From the IMG/VR virus record IMGVR_UViG_3300035520_001075, positions 93,484 to 157,483 of that record: a stretch of DNA of 64,000 nt. One strand, 5' to 3'. The notes beneath the pieces were generated by a model. It did no database searches and was not told the origin of the DNA. It worked only from the letters and a program-made list of their open reading frames with translations. Below are positions 11,192 to 22,354 of the stretch, one piece after another. A program made the position numbers and the translations under genes. Source of the stretch: a virus (taxonomy: Duplodnaviria > Caudoviricetes). Numbering within the stretch: the stretch's first letter is position 1; each line of letters starts with the position of its first letter.

Positions 11192-12442
11192 ATGAGTAAT
11201 TTTTTAACACCAGATAGAACCTATAAAGCAAATGGATTAACAGTTAAAGAATTTCTTTTAACTAAATCAAAGAATAATCCAAATAAAATTGATATGCCAA
11301 GCGGCAATCGTAAGAAGACAGTAGCTATTACTGTCCATAACACAGAAGCAGTTAATGTTTCTTCAAGTACAACAATGGCAGAACAGTATACAAGAGCAAC
11401 ATATAACAATGCTATGAAGACTGTTCGAGTACATTATTATGTTGATAATGTTTGTGCTTGGCAGAATTTACCAGATGACTATGTAAACTGGTCTTGTGCA
11501 GATGGTACTTCTGATGCTAATAGCGGTAATAATACTACTGTAGCAATTGAAGTAATTGGCAACTCGGCGGCCGCAGAAGCAAATGCGGTTAAGCTTGTGG
11601 CTTATCTTTTAAACAAATATAACCTTGATGTTGCTGATGGTGTAAGAAGCCATACATACTGGCTTGCAAGAAAAGCGGGCAAATCAGGAACAATTGATAC
11701 TATGTGTACAACAAAGGGACTTGCGAAATATTGTCCAATTTATATTTTGCCGCATTGGTCTACTTTTAAGAGTAATGTTGAAAAATCGCTTAATGCTCTT
11801 AAAGGAACATCGACAAGTTCAAGTTCAAGTTCATCAACTTCAAGCTCAACAGCTACATCTACCACAATAACCTATAGAGTTCGTAAAACTTGGGCAGATG
11901 CAAGTTCTCAGATAGGGGCTTATAGTTCTCTTGATAATGCTAAAAAAGCTTGTAAGGCGGGTTATAGCGTTTTTGATGAGAAAGGCAATGTTGTTTATAC
12001 TAATAGTACTTCAACTACTACTACTACTACTGTAAGTGTTCCTGATGTAAAATATAGATTGTATAGTAATGGTGCTTGGTCAAGTGAAATTACCAATGCA
12101 ACTTCTTATGCTGGTAAAGATAAATATGCCGCAAATGGCTTCGCCGCAACAGTTTCAAAAGGCTCATTAAAGTATCGTGTTCATTTAAACGGCGGCGGCT
12201 GGTTAAGTTGGATTACTGCCTATAATATTAATGACTGGAATAAGGGTTGTGCAGGATTAAAAACTCAGCAGATTGATGCAATTCAGATAGAACTTCTTAA
12301 TTGTAGTGGCTATCAGGTTAAATATAGAGTTTCTTCTACTGCTTCAAGTAATTACTATGATTGGGTTGAAGGAATTTCTGATTATGCAGGAGTTTTTGGA
12401 AAGCCTGTCGATAAGGTTCAGATTGAGATTATTAAGAAATAA
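11192..12442 (+). CDS. Endolysin, N-acetylmuramoyl-L-alanine amidase (Amidase_2) with cell-wall-binding domains
   Basis: ITVHNT, VHYYVD, IEV, H and KYCP amidase motifs; Ser/Thr linkers; YRVRKTW domain; C-terminal YRVH..GGWL repeats. Confidence 0.85.
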   Translation: MSNFLTPDRTYKANGLTVKEFLLTKSKNNPNKIDMPSGNRKKTVAITVHNTEAVNVSSSTTMAEQYTRATYNNAMKTVRVHYYVDNVCAWQNLPDDYVNWSCADGTSDANSGNNTTVAIEVIGNSAAAEANAVKLVAYLLNKYNLDVADGVRSHTYWLARKAGKSGTIDTMCTTKGLAKYCPIYILPHWSTFKSNVEKSLNALKGTSTSSSSSSSTSSSTATSTTITYRVRKTWADASSQIGAYSSLDNAKKACKAGYSVFDEKGNVVYTNSTSTTTTTTVSVPDVKYRLYSNGAWSSEITNATSYAGKDKYAANGFAATVSKGSLKYRVHLNGGGWLSWITAYNINDWNKGCAGLKTQQIDAIQIELLNCSGYQVKYRVSSTASSNYYDWVEGISDYAGVFGKPVDKVQIEIIKK

Positions 12443-12585
12443 TATTAATAGGGGAGCATTAGATTGTTCCCCTTATTTTCTTACTTTATATTGAAAGTCA
12501 AGGTATTGACTTTTAGAATAATTTGAGATATAATATAATGAAAAGGTAATACTTTTTAAATTTATAATAGATGAGGTGAAGACAA

Positions 12586-15500
12586 ATGGCAATTAATACA
12601 AATGAAGCGGACCAGAATAAAAATAAAGATAAGATTACAACTATTTCTGGTGCGACAGAGTATGAAATTAATTCTGAAAAAGAAAAGAATGAAATTAATT
12701 CCTTGAGATTTAAGCAAAGCTATTATGCTTTTTTAGAACTACTTTCTGATTTATATCCAAATGCGTTGGGTGTAAAAATGCTTGGTGTAATTGGTGATAA
12801 TAGTCTTTTTGATTCAGATTCACAGTCGAATTTAGATGCTGAATATTTAGATTGGCTACTTGATGTAGACCACTTTATGAAGGGCGTTAGAAGCGATAGA
12901 AATATTTCGCCAGAAAAATTATTAAAATTATATCAAACAGCAATAGGGCTTTTCTTTGATTCAGACGATGCCGCACAATACTTACAAGATTTTGGCGATA
13001 CAAAAGTATCAGATACTAATGGTGGAAAAGTAATAAAGTATAACGGTAAGTCATATCTTCTTTCAGATATGGAAAGCCGCTATAGTGATATGAAAACGGC
13101 GAAAGATACAAGTGCAGAAAAAGAAGGTAAAGAAAAAAATTATTTTAATATTCCAGCATTAACAGAAATAAATGAAGCTTACACCGCAGTTGCAAAAATG
13201 TTTGACTTTAATGGAGATAACTTAATAGGCACAGACGATGCCGTAATTGCTCTCAAGTTTTTTGCTATTGACTTAACAGACGCAGAAAGAGCTTCTTCTA
13301 TAAAAACGTATACTTATGATGTTTCTACAATTCAGTCAGCAGGAGGCTTCGATGAGTGGCCAGCTTTAAGTCGTGATGGGTAGGATTTAAAAAATAGTGA
13401 TGGAAAGAGTTATTGTGTAATCTCGAAAGGAGAAGGAAAGGTTTATTTTTATAATTCTTCAACATATTATACAGAAGCTTCTGCAAGTAAAATTGCAGAA
13501 AAACTTAAAGCGAAAGAAACTGACTTTAGAAAACTTCAAGCTAAAGAGTATACAACAGGTACATCAGATTCAAATAAGGCTTTAGATAAGAACATATATT
13601 CTGCATTAACAAGACTCTCGTTCCCTACTGGAGGAAAAACTTATAATTCCAGATGGGCAGTATCCTTATTAAGAACAATTAAAAAAATAAATATTCATAA
13701 TAAGAAATCTTCATCAACACCTTATGTTTCCGTAGCTGAATTTGCGGCTTATTTATATCAGAATTCTGACGAATATATAAACTTATTAAAAGATACCAGC
13801 AATATTTGGAATGAAAATGGTGGAACAGAGGACGAAGAAATTAGCGAAGAAGGTTGGAACGAATCCATAAACAAATTATATGACTTAATTAAAGAATGGT
13901 GCTTAACCTATGGATTAACAAGTGATTTATATCATGATTCCTTTAAAGATTGGATAGACGGACTAAGAAGAGCAGATGCAAAAGGTACAGAAGCTAATTA
14001 CTATTTAGACCCAAGGCCATTAAAGAACGTCTTTGACCAAGTTTATACTCAGGCACGTGCTGATGAGATTAAGATGAATGTAGATAATATGGACTATACT
14101 AATCTTACAAAGGCTATTGCAGATGAGGTTGCTAATGGAAACGTAAGCACCGATACTTTAAAGGCTGTCGTTAATTTATTAATGCCAGAATATAAAAGAA
14201 GAGTTGAAGTAGAAGATTTGGATAAAAACTTCTGGGTAATTTCTCAGTTATTAAGTGCTATATTAAGCGTTCTTTTTGGCGATGATAATGGATTACAGGG
14301 AATTCTGAAAGGACAAATGGCGGAAACAATGGAACTTTGGAATAATGTAAAATATTTATGGAACGTCACCCAAATGTAGGCAAGAATGATTGATAATTTA
14401 GCTAAGTCGCTTGAAATTTTAAGTGGAGATGTTGACGAAGGCGATGATGCTTTTGAGATTTCTAAAGAAGTTTATCAATATACAGCAAAGGCAACAGATA
14501 CTTCTAATATTAATTCTGATGAGTGGACAGGCTGGGCGTTAGATTTAGATGGAGATGATTCAGTTTCTTGGTATGATGCTTGTTTGATTTTAAAACTTTA
14601 TGCCTGTTGGATTCTTTATCACAACGATGAAGATATAACATATACAGATTTAAATGGATATGAGCAAAAAATTTTCCCAAATATTATTAAGGTAACAGAA
14701 GGAGAAACCTTTAAGAGTTATCAAGATTTTATAAATTGGTCTAAAAAAAGTACATGGGGGCTTACTTTAAATTATGTAGAAGAAGGAGAATATAAAGACA
14801 GAGCATTAATGATAAAATGGAATTTTGATACAAAAACTACAACAAAGGATGGTACTTTACTTGGAACTTGGTTTTATCAAAAGATTTTTTCTAATTATGC
14901 CTATCCTTTAGATATCTAGAGTGGTATGTCATATGAGGAATTGGAGCTTTTCACCGGTGTGGGAGGCCTAACCGATACAGACACTGGAATGCCATTTTTT
15001 GGTTTTAATAATAAATATTTATTAGAAGATGAAAAAAATGGTCTTACTATTTGTTCTAATGTACGAAACGCATATCTATCTTGTGGCGGAACAGATGACA
15101 ATGCTACAGATAAAGAAAAATTTGCTTTCGTATTAAAACATTATGGAATGGATAATCGTTATTTTTCAGGCTTTTCTCAAACCGCCTATTGTGATAATGT
15201 ATTAGATAAATCTGATAAGTACATATTTTATTATATTGGAGGTAGAAATTATCAAAGATATGATGGATTAAATACTTACAAAGTGATGTCGGCAATAATA
15301 CTGAAAATGATGCAGGGTATAGCCACCTATTTCAAAGGAAGTTCAGACAGGACAGGAATTCTAAACTATGCCTTGTCGTCTATAGCTGGAAATGTTTCTT
15401 CCTTGTATTCTGATAATGTCAGCTTAGCTCTTCATAGAATAAATTATTATCCAGCAGGTCAAAAAGAAGAATTTGATGGAAATGATATTAATAAGGATAT

Positions 15501-16356
15501 TTATCGAGGAGAAAGAGCCTTAATAGTTCAATTTGCGAGTGACAGTACTGAAGAAGAATTAAAAGAGTCTGTAGTAAATTCCGAGCAAGGAATTGGTATT
15601 AAAAATACTTATTCAGAATGTTTTGGAAAAACCAGCGACGTAAAAGGGATTGGCGGTGCCAGATTAAGAACATCAATAAGCGGATGTGATGTTGCTATAT
15701 TTTTACAAGACGGAGACTATTATAAAGAAAATGACAGTATAAATGAACTTGGTATAAAACTTTATAAAAAATATCTTTTAGTTTGTATGCTATTGGCTAC
15801 AGAAGGTATCAGTACAGCAGATTCTCGACTTGCAGTCACCATATTACAAGTATTAAGTCAAAATACTCATTTATCTAATAAAAATTTCTGGAAGACTTTT
15901 AAAAACAATCAAAAGAATTTTTCTCTGAGTAATCAAAATATGGTAAAAGCGTGTACAATTAGTGGTACAAAATCTGATTTGTCCGATTTAACATATATAA
16001 TAGCCTTTAACTAGGAATATACTATAAACGAATATAAACTAACACTTTATTCGGAAGACGGAAAAACAATTTCACGAATAGAAGGCGAAAATAATAATCC
16101 TACTGCAACATATACTTCAGAAATGTTGTTTGAAACACTGACATATAATGGGAAAAAAATTTATCCAGGCTTTACAGGGGCATTAAATGGAGAATACCCA
16201 GAATATATGGTAGGAGGAGCATATAACTCTCGATATGTTTATGACTATTCATTAAGCGATTTTGCAGAAAAAACAATAGATAATACTTCTGGACAGAAAT
16301 ATAATGAGGCAGAACACAAAAGTTTCCATATTGTACAAACATCGTCTAACGGGTGA
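12586..16356 (+). CDS. Large protein, 1256 aa, with two dockerin-like Ca-loop/helix motifs; TAG at 13381, 14377, 14917 and 16012
   Basis: Five track ORFs are in one frame, separated only by TAG codons (checked codon by codon); ends in TGA. Confidence 0.8.
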
Positions 16357-16362
16357 TTTAAA

Positions 16363-17865
16363 ATGATAACAAATACATCATCCCTAACCTTTCTCCCATC
16401 TGACCTCTCCGATGCAACTGCCCAATCTCCATCTCTCACAATCACTCTAAATAATAAAGATTACGAAATAACTAAAACAAAAACCTTAAAAATAGTAGCA
16501 ACTCTATCAAGCAAATCTGACCCAAGCATTTCTTATTCCGATTCAAAAACAATCTATCTCAAAGGAATAAGTGAAATTGAAATTGAAGAAGAACTTCCAG
16601 AACCGCCAACAGTAATCAATGGCTCATTCCCAGAAGGCTTTACTTCTGATGACCTTGTAATTATCTATAATACCGATGAATCTTATTCTTCTACCTTAGA
16701 TATTGATTCTTTAAATAAGATGGCATTAGATTATATGGCAAACATTGGCAAAGAAGTAGACTCAAATACAATTTACTACCAAAAAGATAGCTCTGGAAGA
16801 ATTTACGTGCTTGTTAGAAAAGACGATACAACATCTTATGATAACGACCTAATAACCCTTGAAGATGGAACTTTATGTTATAAAGTCTATATTGACGGCA
16901 GTTGTGAAATAGTTGGATTCCAAGACAATAGCGGCGGCTCTGATTTCAATCTTGAATTAGGTACTGGTTATTACTATGCGATAGCAAATCAGCTTTACTT
17001 ATTTAACTGCGTTTCCGCAAGACTTGTCAATTACAACACGACTCAAACTGGATTCTGGTTAAATGGAGAAACAGAATCAGATATTAAAATGTTCACAGAC
17101 CAAGAAACTTATAAAAATCATGCATATTATCTTGCTGTTGGTAGTGGGGTGACGAAAACTCCACTCCCAGCAATATCATCAGACGAAAACGTGACTCTTT
17201 GTTTTACAGCAGGAACAATGAGGAAATTAGTTATCTCTGATACAATTGAAACAATTGAATATTTTGCAGATATTGTTAATGCAACAGATGGTATTATTAT
17301 TTCTTCTTCCGTTAAGAAAATAGGGGACTATGCTTTTTATGGAAGCTCAATAAGCGGACAGATAACAATCAACTCGCCGCAATTAGAAGAAATAGGACGC
17401 TATGCTTTTGCTAATATGACAAATTTATCATTGCTTAATATTAATGCTGACGACAATGGATATTGTATTTTACCAAAGAATTTAAAAACAATTAAAGAAT
17501 ATGCTTTCTATAGAAGTTCAGGATTAAATAAAATAAGTTTTTCAAGTTGTGAGAAATTAACAACGGTTGAAAAAGAAGCCTTCTCGTCTTGTTCTAATTT
17601 GAGATATGTTAAATACTTAGAATCTCAAGTAGAACCAGACAATATAAGCTCAACTCAACTTTTGTACTTGCCGCCAGACCGTGGAACAGGCGGTAATTAT
17701 GCTCCAAGAAAAACAACAGATTCTTCAAACAACACAGTAATTACAGCTTTATATGCTTATGATTATACAAGTGAGTATGCTTATCCAAACACAACATAGG
17801 ACGAAATTGAAAACAGTACCTATACTTTTTTAAATTGTTCTAATATAGAATGGATTTGTGAATAA
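16363..17865 (+). CDS. BspA-type leucine-rich repeat (LRR_5) protein, TAG at 17797
   Basis: Repeats KKIGDYAFY, EEIGRYAFANMTNL, KTIKEYAFY, TTVEKEAFSSCSNL. Readthrough adds TFLNCSNI and ends at TAA. Confidence 0.75.
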
Positions 17866-17952
17866 TAAAAGAAAGAAGTCAGGAGAAATCTTGACTTCTT
17901 TTTCTAATTGTGGTATAATAGTTATAGAAGATTTGAAAAGGAGGATTTTGAA

Positions 17953-19053
17953 ATGAAATTAGATGCTAAACAAGAAAGAGTTGTAAAGGCTACAGATAAT
18001 AAAATTCTTTGCTTGGCTACTGCTGGAGCAGGCAAGAGCTCTGTTATTGTCGAGAAGATTAGATATTTAATTACACGAAAAAGAGTTAATCCTGAGGATA
18101 TTGTTGCAATTACTTTTACCAATCAGGCGGCACAGGAAATGGTTGAGAGATTAGATGGTATTGCTGATAATATGTTTATTGGTACTATTCATTCCTATGC
18201 CAACAAAATTTGTTCGGCTAATGGAATTGATAATACTGAAAATATATTGCAACAGAACTTTGATAAGATTATTGAGAAAGCTTTGCTTTTGCCGCAAGAA
18301 AAATATATCCATATTAGGTATTTATTTGTTGATGAATGTCAGGATATTAGTAAGTTAGAATATAATTTTCTAATGGAAATTCCTACAGATAATATATTTT
18401 TAGTAGGAGATGAAAGACAGCAGATTTATTCTTTCAGAGGAACATCAGATGTTTATCTTAGAGAAATGTATTTAAATGATGGGTATACTAAGTATTTTCT
18501 TGTAAATAACTATAGAAGTGCTCCAAATATAATTAAATTTGCAGAAGACTTTATTAAGAATTCTGAAAATCTTAGTCCTGCGGCCGTTCCAATTAAGACC
18601 AAAAATGGGGCTATTGAAGAATGTCCTTTTAATAATGCTGTAGATGAATTAGAATGGTCAGGAGATTGGGGCAATTGGGCAATTCTAACAAGAACTAATA
18701 ATGAATTAGAAAGAGCACAGGAAATTTTAAATGAGAGAGAAATACCTAATATTACTTTCAAAAAAGGAGATTTAGATAATACTATTTTAAAAAGTTTAAT
18801 GGCTACTAATAGAGTTAAAGTACTGACGGTGCACGCATCGAAGGGCCTTAGCTTTCCAAACGTGATTGCTGTTGGGGAGAGAACTTATAACGAAGAAGAA
18901 AGACGAATTGCCTATGTCGCTGCCACCAGAGCAGAGCGAGTTCTCTATTGGTGCCCTACAATTGCTAAGAGGTCTATGGGAAAAAAGGATTTAAGCTTTA
19001 AGCAAAAGAATAATATTTTTAATAAATCCGCAATAGGAGTGATTGAATTTTAA
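17953..19053 (+). CDS. UvrD/Rep-family SF1 helicase (compact)
   Basis: AGAGKS, AITFTN, FIGTIHS, VDECQD, VGDERQQIYSFRG, NYRS, TVHASKGL, YVAATRA. Confidence 0.9.
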   Translation: MKLDAKQERVVKATDNKILCLATAGAGKSSVIVEKIRYLITRKRVNPEDIVAITFTNQAAQEMVERLDGIADNMFIGTIHSYANKICSANGIDNTENILQQNFDKIIEKALLLPQEKYIHIRYLFVDECQDISKLEYNFLMEIPTDNIFLVGDERQQIYSFRGTSDVYLREMYLNDGYTKYFLVNNYRSAPNIIKFAEDFIKNSENLSPAAVPIKTKNGAIEECPFNNAVDELEWSGDWGNWAILTRTNNELERAQEILNEREIPNITFKKGDLDNTILKSLMATNRVKVLTVHASKGLSFPNVIAVGERTYNEEERRIAYVAATRAERVLYWCPTIAKRSMGKKDLSFKQKNNIFNKSAIGVIEF

Positions 19054-19571
19054 TGAAGAATTATGTATTATATGAAGATGATGAACTAAGAGTAGAATTA
19101 GACGGATTATTTCATAAAATGATAAAAGAAAGTCATGTTCAGACTATTAACCCAAACAAGAATACTACTAACTTACTATTATCATTAGCAGTTGCTGAGC
19201 TTAAAAAAAGAGGGATTGAGAAGAAAGGAAGAAAGTTCCTTTGCTGTTCAAACTCCCCAGTAATTTCTTATGGTCAGGGAATTGGCTTATCAGAGCCTTT
19301 TAATGTTTTTGATGCGGGCTTGAATTTTTTGGCTATGCAAGAAGATATTAATAGCAATATTGATGATTTAGAACAAGCTTTAAGCGATATGTATATGGAA
19401 CATCAAAATAAAAAGGTTTATTGTAAAGTTTTTAAAAAGCCTTTTAATCAAATTAAAGGCTATTTGGTTGCTGAAGAAGAAGACCAATTTATAATTCTTT
19501 TTTGGGCTTATGAAGAATTTGAAGATGATGATGGAGATTTTGAAGATGATGATGAAGATATTTTATTATGA
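19053..19571 (+). CDS. Hypothetical protein with acidic tail
   Basis: Coupled to the helicase stop codon (TAATG). Confidence 0.7.
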   Translation: MKNYVLYEDDELRVELDGLFHKMIKESHVQTINPNKNTTNLLLSLAVAELKKRGIEKKGRKFLCCSNSPVISYGQGIGLSEPFNVFDAGLNFLAMQEDINSNIDDLEQALSDMYMEHQNKKVYCKVFKKPFNQIKGYLVAEEEDQFIILFWAYEEFEDDDGDFEDDDEDILL

Positions 19572-19672
19572 AAAAGGTGTAATTTTAGCACTTTATAATT
19601 AGTGTTCTTAATTGAACATTTTTAAGCGTGAATCCTTAATAGTCGAAAGACTTAATTAAGGAGGAATTTTAA

Positions 19673-20704
19673 ATGAAAAGAAAAATAATGTTAATTTGTG
19701 CTGGCTTTATAATATTTGTCAGTAGTATAGTAATCACAACCCTTGAAGCCACGGACTTCTTTAAGCAGAAAGATGATTATCTATCTGCAGCAAGTGAGTT
19801 GTTGAATGAAATTGAATCTCCAATTGAAATTGAGGTTGGAGAAAAAACAACAATATCAACAGAAAATTATACCTACAGCATTAAAGATAATGACGTTGCC
19901 GCAATAACGAAAGATAACCAACTTTTTGGCGTGGCGGCTGGCACAAGAGATATTCAAATAGAAAATGAATATGGACAAACACGTACTATAAAAGTAATAG
20001 TTAAGTCAAATAAGATAAAGAATAGCCCTAATACAATTACAATAGGCACCACTTCAACAACTTTATCATCTACACTCACCACTTCAACGGTCTTAACTAC
20101 TACTAATTCTTCAACGACAGAAAAAGTAATAACAACTATTAAAACAGAAAAAGAAACAATTGCAACTACAACAACAGAAAAAATAGTAGAAAAAATAGTT
20201 TATAAACCAAGTACTCACTATGTTCACAGGTCAACTTGCCAGTGGGCATCTGAAGAGTGCTATGAGATTACAACGACAGAGGGTATAGAAGCTCGACTTT
20301 GTGATGAATGTAATCCTAACATTGAAATTATTACTTTATATGAAGAACCAATTACTTCTAATTTATCATTTGTAAAGACTTTTACAAGAGGAACTTATTA
20401 TGCTTATGGCGGCGGTCGTTGTGGAGGCTCTGGTCGCTCATTAATAGATTGCTCTTGGGGTAATGGAACTGTTAAAGGTTCTATTGCAAGTTCTTATCTT
20501 TATAGTCTTTATGGATATAATTACAACGGCCGCACAATGGTTTACTTAGAAGTAAAAGGTTATCCAAGTATGAATGGATATTATTACGTTGATGATTCTG
20601 ATGCAGGAAATTCTAATGTAATAGATTTCTTTTACTACTATGGCAGTAATTGTCAATTCCGTAATCAGGGAGTTGTATCAGTAGATTGCTATATAGTGAG
20701 ATAA
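19673..20704 (+). CDS. Secreted/anchored protein: Ig-like domain, Thr linker, C-terminal 3D-like domain
   Basis: N-terminal hydrophobic signal; Thr-rich linker; GTYY...YYVDDS...VIDFF resembles the 3D (MltA-B-like) domain. Confidence 0.55.
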   Translation: MKRKIMLICAGFIIFVSSIVITTLEATDFFKQKDDYLSAASELLNEIESPIEIEVGEKTTISTENYTYSIKDNDVAAITKDNQLFGVAAGTRDIQIENEYGQTRTIKVIVKSNKIKNSPNTITIGTTSTTLSSTLTTSTVLTTTNSSTTEKVITTIKTEKETIATTTTEKIVEKIVYKPSTHYVHRSTCQWASEECYEITTTEGIEARLCDECNPNIEIITLYEEPITSNLSFVKTFTRGTYYAYGGGRCGGSGRSLIDCSWGNGTVKGSIASSYLYSLYGYNYNGRTMVYLEVKGYPSMNGYYYVDDSDAGNSNVIDFFYYYGSNCQFRNQGVVSVDCYIVR

Positions 20705-20938
20705 AAGGAAAAGGAATTATGATTGGCACTCATAATGAAAAGATAAGCAATTGAAATTTGGCAAACTTCAATGCTTTTAGCAGAAAAGGTAAACAAAAGA
20801 CAAAAGCAGAAAATATTATTATGAGGATTCACGCACAAAGGAGAGCAGTTTTTAACTGCTCTTTTTCTTTTATATTTGACTTTTTGGGGAATTTATGGTA
20901 TAATTATTATAGAAAAATTGAGAAAGGAGGAATTGAAA

Positions 20939-21499
20939 ATGGTTTGGATTGCCGCAGATTTAAATTTCTTTTCTAAGGTAGAAGCAGATAATTTATCTTA
21001 TTCTATTGAAGAATATAATAATTTTATAATTAGGAATTGGAATGAAGCTGTAGAAGAAAATGACACAGTTATAATTCTTGGAAAAATTACTGAGAATGAT
21101 GACGAAGAAGAAATGACCAAAATTTTTTCTCAGCTAAATGGAACAATTAGCTATGAATGTATGAATAATGATAAAGATTTTGTTAAAAAATGGGAAAGAA
21201 TTGGTTGTGAATTTATAGGAAATCTTAATAATTTTGTAGTGGGAATAATTGATGGTGAGGAAACATCTGTCAGAATTTATAATGATAAAATTTATTATCA
21301 AAGAGCTATAAAAAATATAGGACTTGATAAAATTTTTATTGCTGTGCCGCAAAGTATTTCTAATATTGATGAGCCTTATAAAAATGGGGTCTTAAATATT
21401 AGTCTTAAAAAATGGGGTTATGCTCCTTTGTCTTACGATTCTTTACCTAACTTAATTAATAGCATGAGAGAATTAGAAGAAATGGAAAATTTTGAATAA
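20939..21499 (+). CDS. Degenerate calcineurin-like phosphoesterase
   Basis: WIAADLNF...IIRNWNEAVEENDTVIILG follows the phage phosphoesterase pattern, but the metal-ligand His/Asp residues are missing. Confidence 0.5.
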   Translation: MVWIAADLNFFSKVEADNLSYSIEEYNNFIIRNWNEAVEENDTVIILGKITENDDEEEMTKIFSQLNGTISYECMNNDKDFVKKWERIGCEFIGNLNNFVVGIIDGEETSVRIYNDKIYYQRAIKNIGLDKIFIAVPQSISNIDEPYKNGVLNISLKKWGYAPLSYDSLPNLINSMRELEEMENFE

Positions 21500-21514
21500 G
21501 AGGGGAGGAAGATA

Positions 21515-22345
21515 ATGTTAGCAAAAAGATGGAATCAGAATGGAAAAGTTATAATTTTAAGTGAAACTACAGATGAACCAATTACTCTTGCTGGTGAAAT
21601 GGCAGGAAAATGTTGGGCAGCTGATACTGCTTCTCATGAAAAGAATTTTAAAAGAGGACTTGATTGCTTAAAAAGTGGTCATGGTCGAGTTTTAGAGTAT
21701 GCTCAAATTTATATGGAGATTAGCGGCTATTCAGCAAGAGTTATTAGAGAGTTTGAAAGACACATAGGCGGCAGCCCTACTTATCTTCAGGAATCAACAC
21801 GTTATGTTCTTGATGAGAATTTTGGTTTTATTACGCCGCCGTCCATTAAAAACAATAACGAGGCTAATACAGTTTATAATAATGTAATGAATACTATTGC
21901 TTATGGGATTGAGGAACTAAAGAAAAATGGCACTCCAAAAGAAGATATTAGCATGATGCTTCCTCTTGGAATGGAAACGAAAATAGTCCATAGAACTAAT
22001 CTAAGAAATTTAATAGATATGAGTAGAGTGAGATTATGTAGTCGAGCTTATTGGGAATATCGTCAGCTTATGAAAGATATTTTGGAGAGTCTTTCTATTT
22101 ATTCAGATGAGTGGGAATATTTAATTAAAGAGGAAAGAATTTTTAAGCCGAAATGTGAAGACGCAGGATATTGTAATGAGAAGTTTTCATGTGGTTATAT
22201 TAATAAAATACAGAAAGATAATAATAAATTAACCGAAGACCAAAAATAGCTTATCGAGTATGGAAAAGAACATCTGAATGAATATTGGTCGGTTTATCAT
22301 CTTAGATATGATGAGGAAACTGGAAAGATAGTAAAAGATGAATAA
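21515..22345 (+). CDS. thyX: FAD-dependent thymidylate synthase; TAG at 22247 gives a C-terminal extension
   Basis: GH..VLE, RH-x-SxRY (RHIGGSPTYLQESTRY), NLRNL, RLC.RAYWE. Readthrough ends at TAA abutting the next RBS. Confidence 0.9.
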
Positions 22346-22354
22346 GGAGGCTAT

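Noticed and set aside
16354-16365. TGA readthrough joining the 12586 and 16363 genes
   Set aside because: In frame, but GGGTGA serves as an RBS for ATG 16363, and TGA ends many other genes here.
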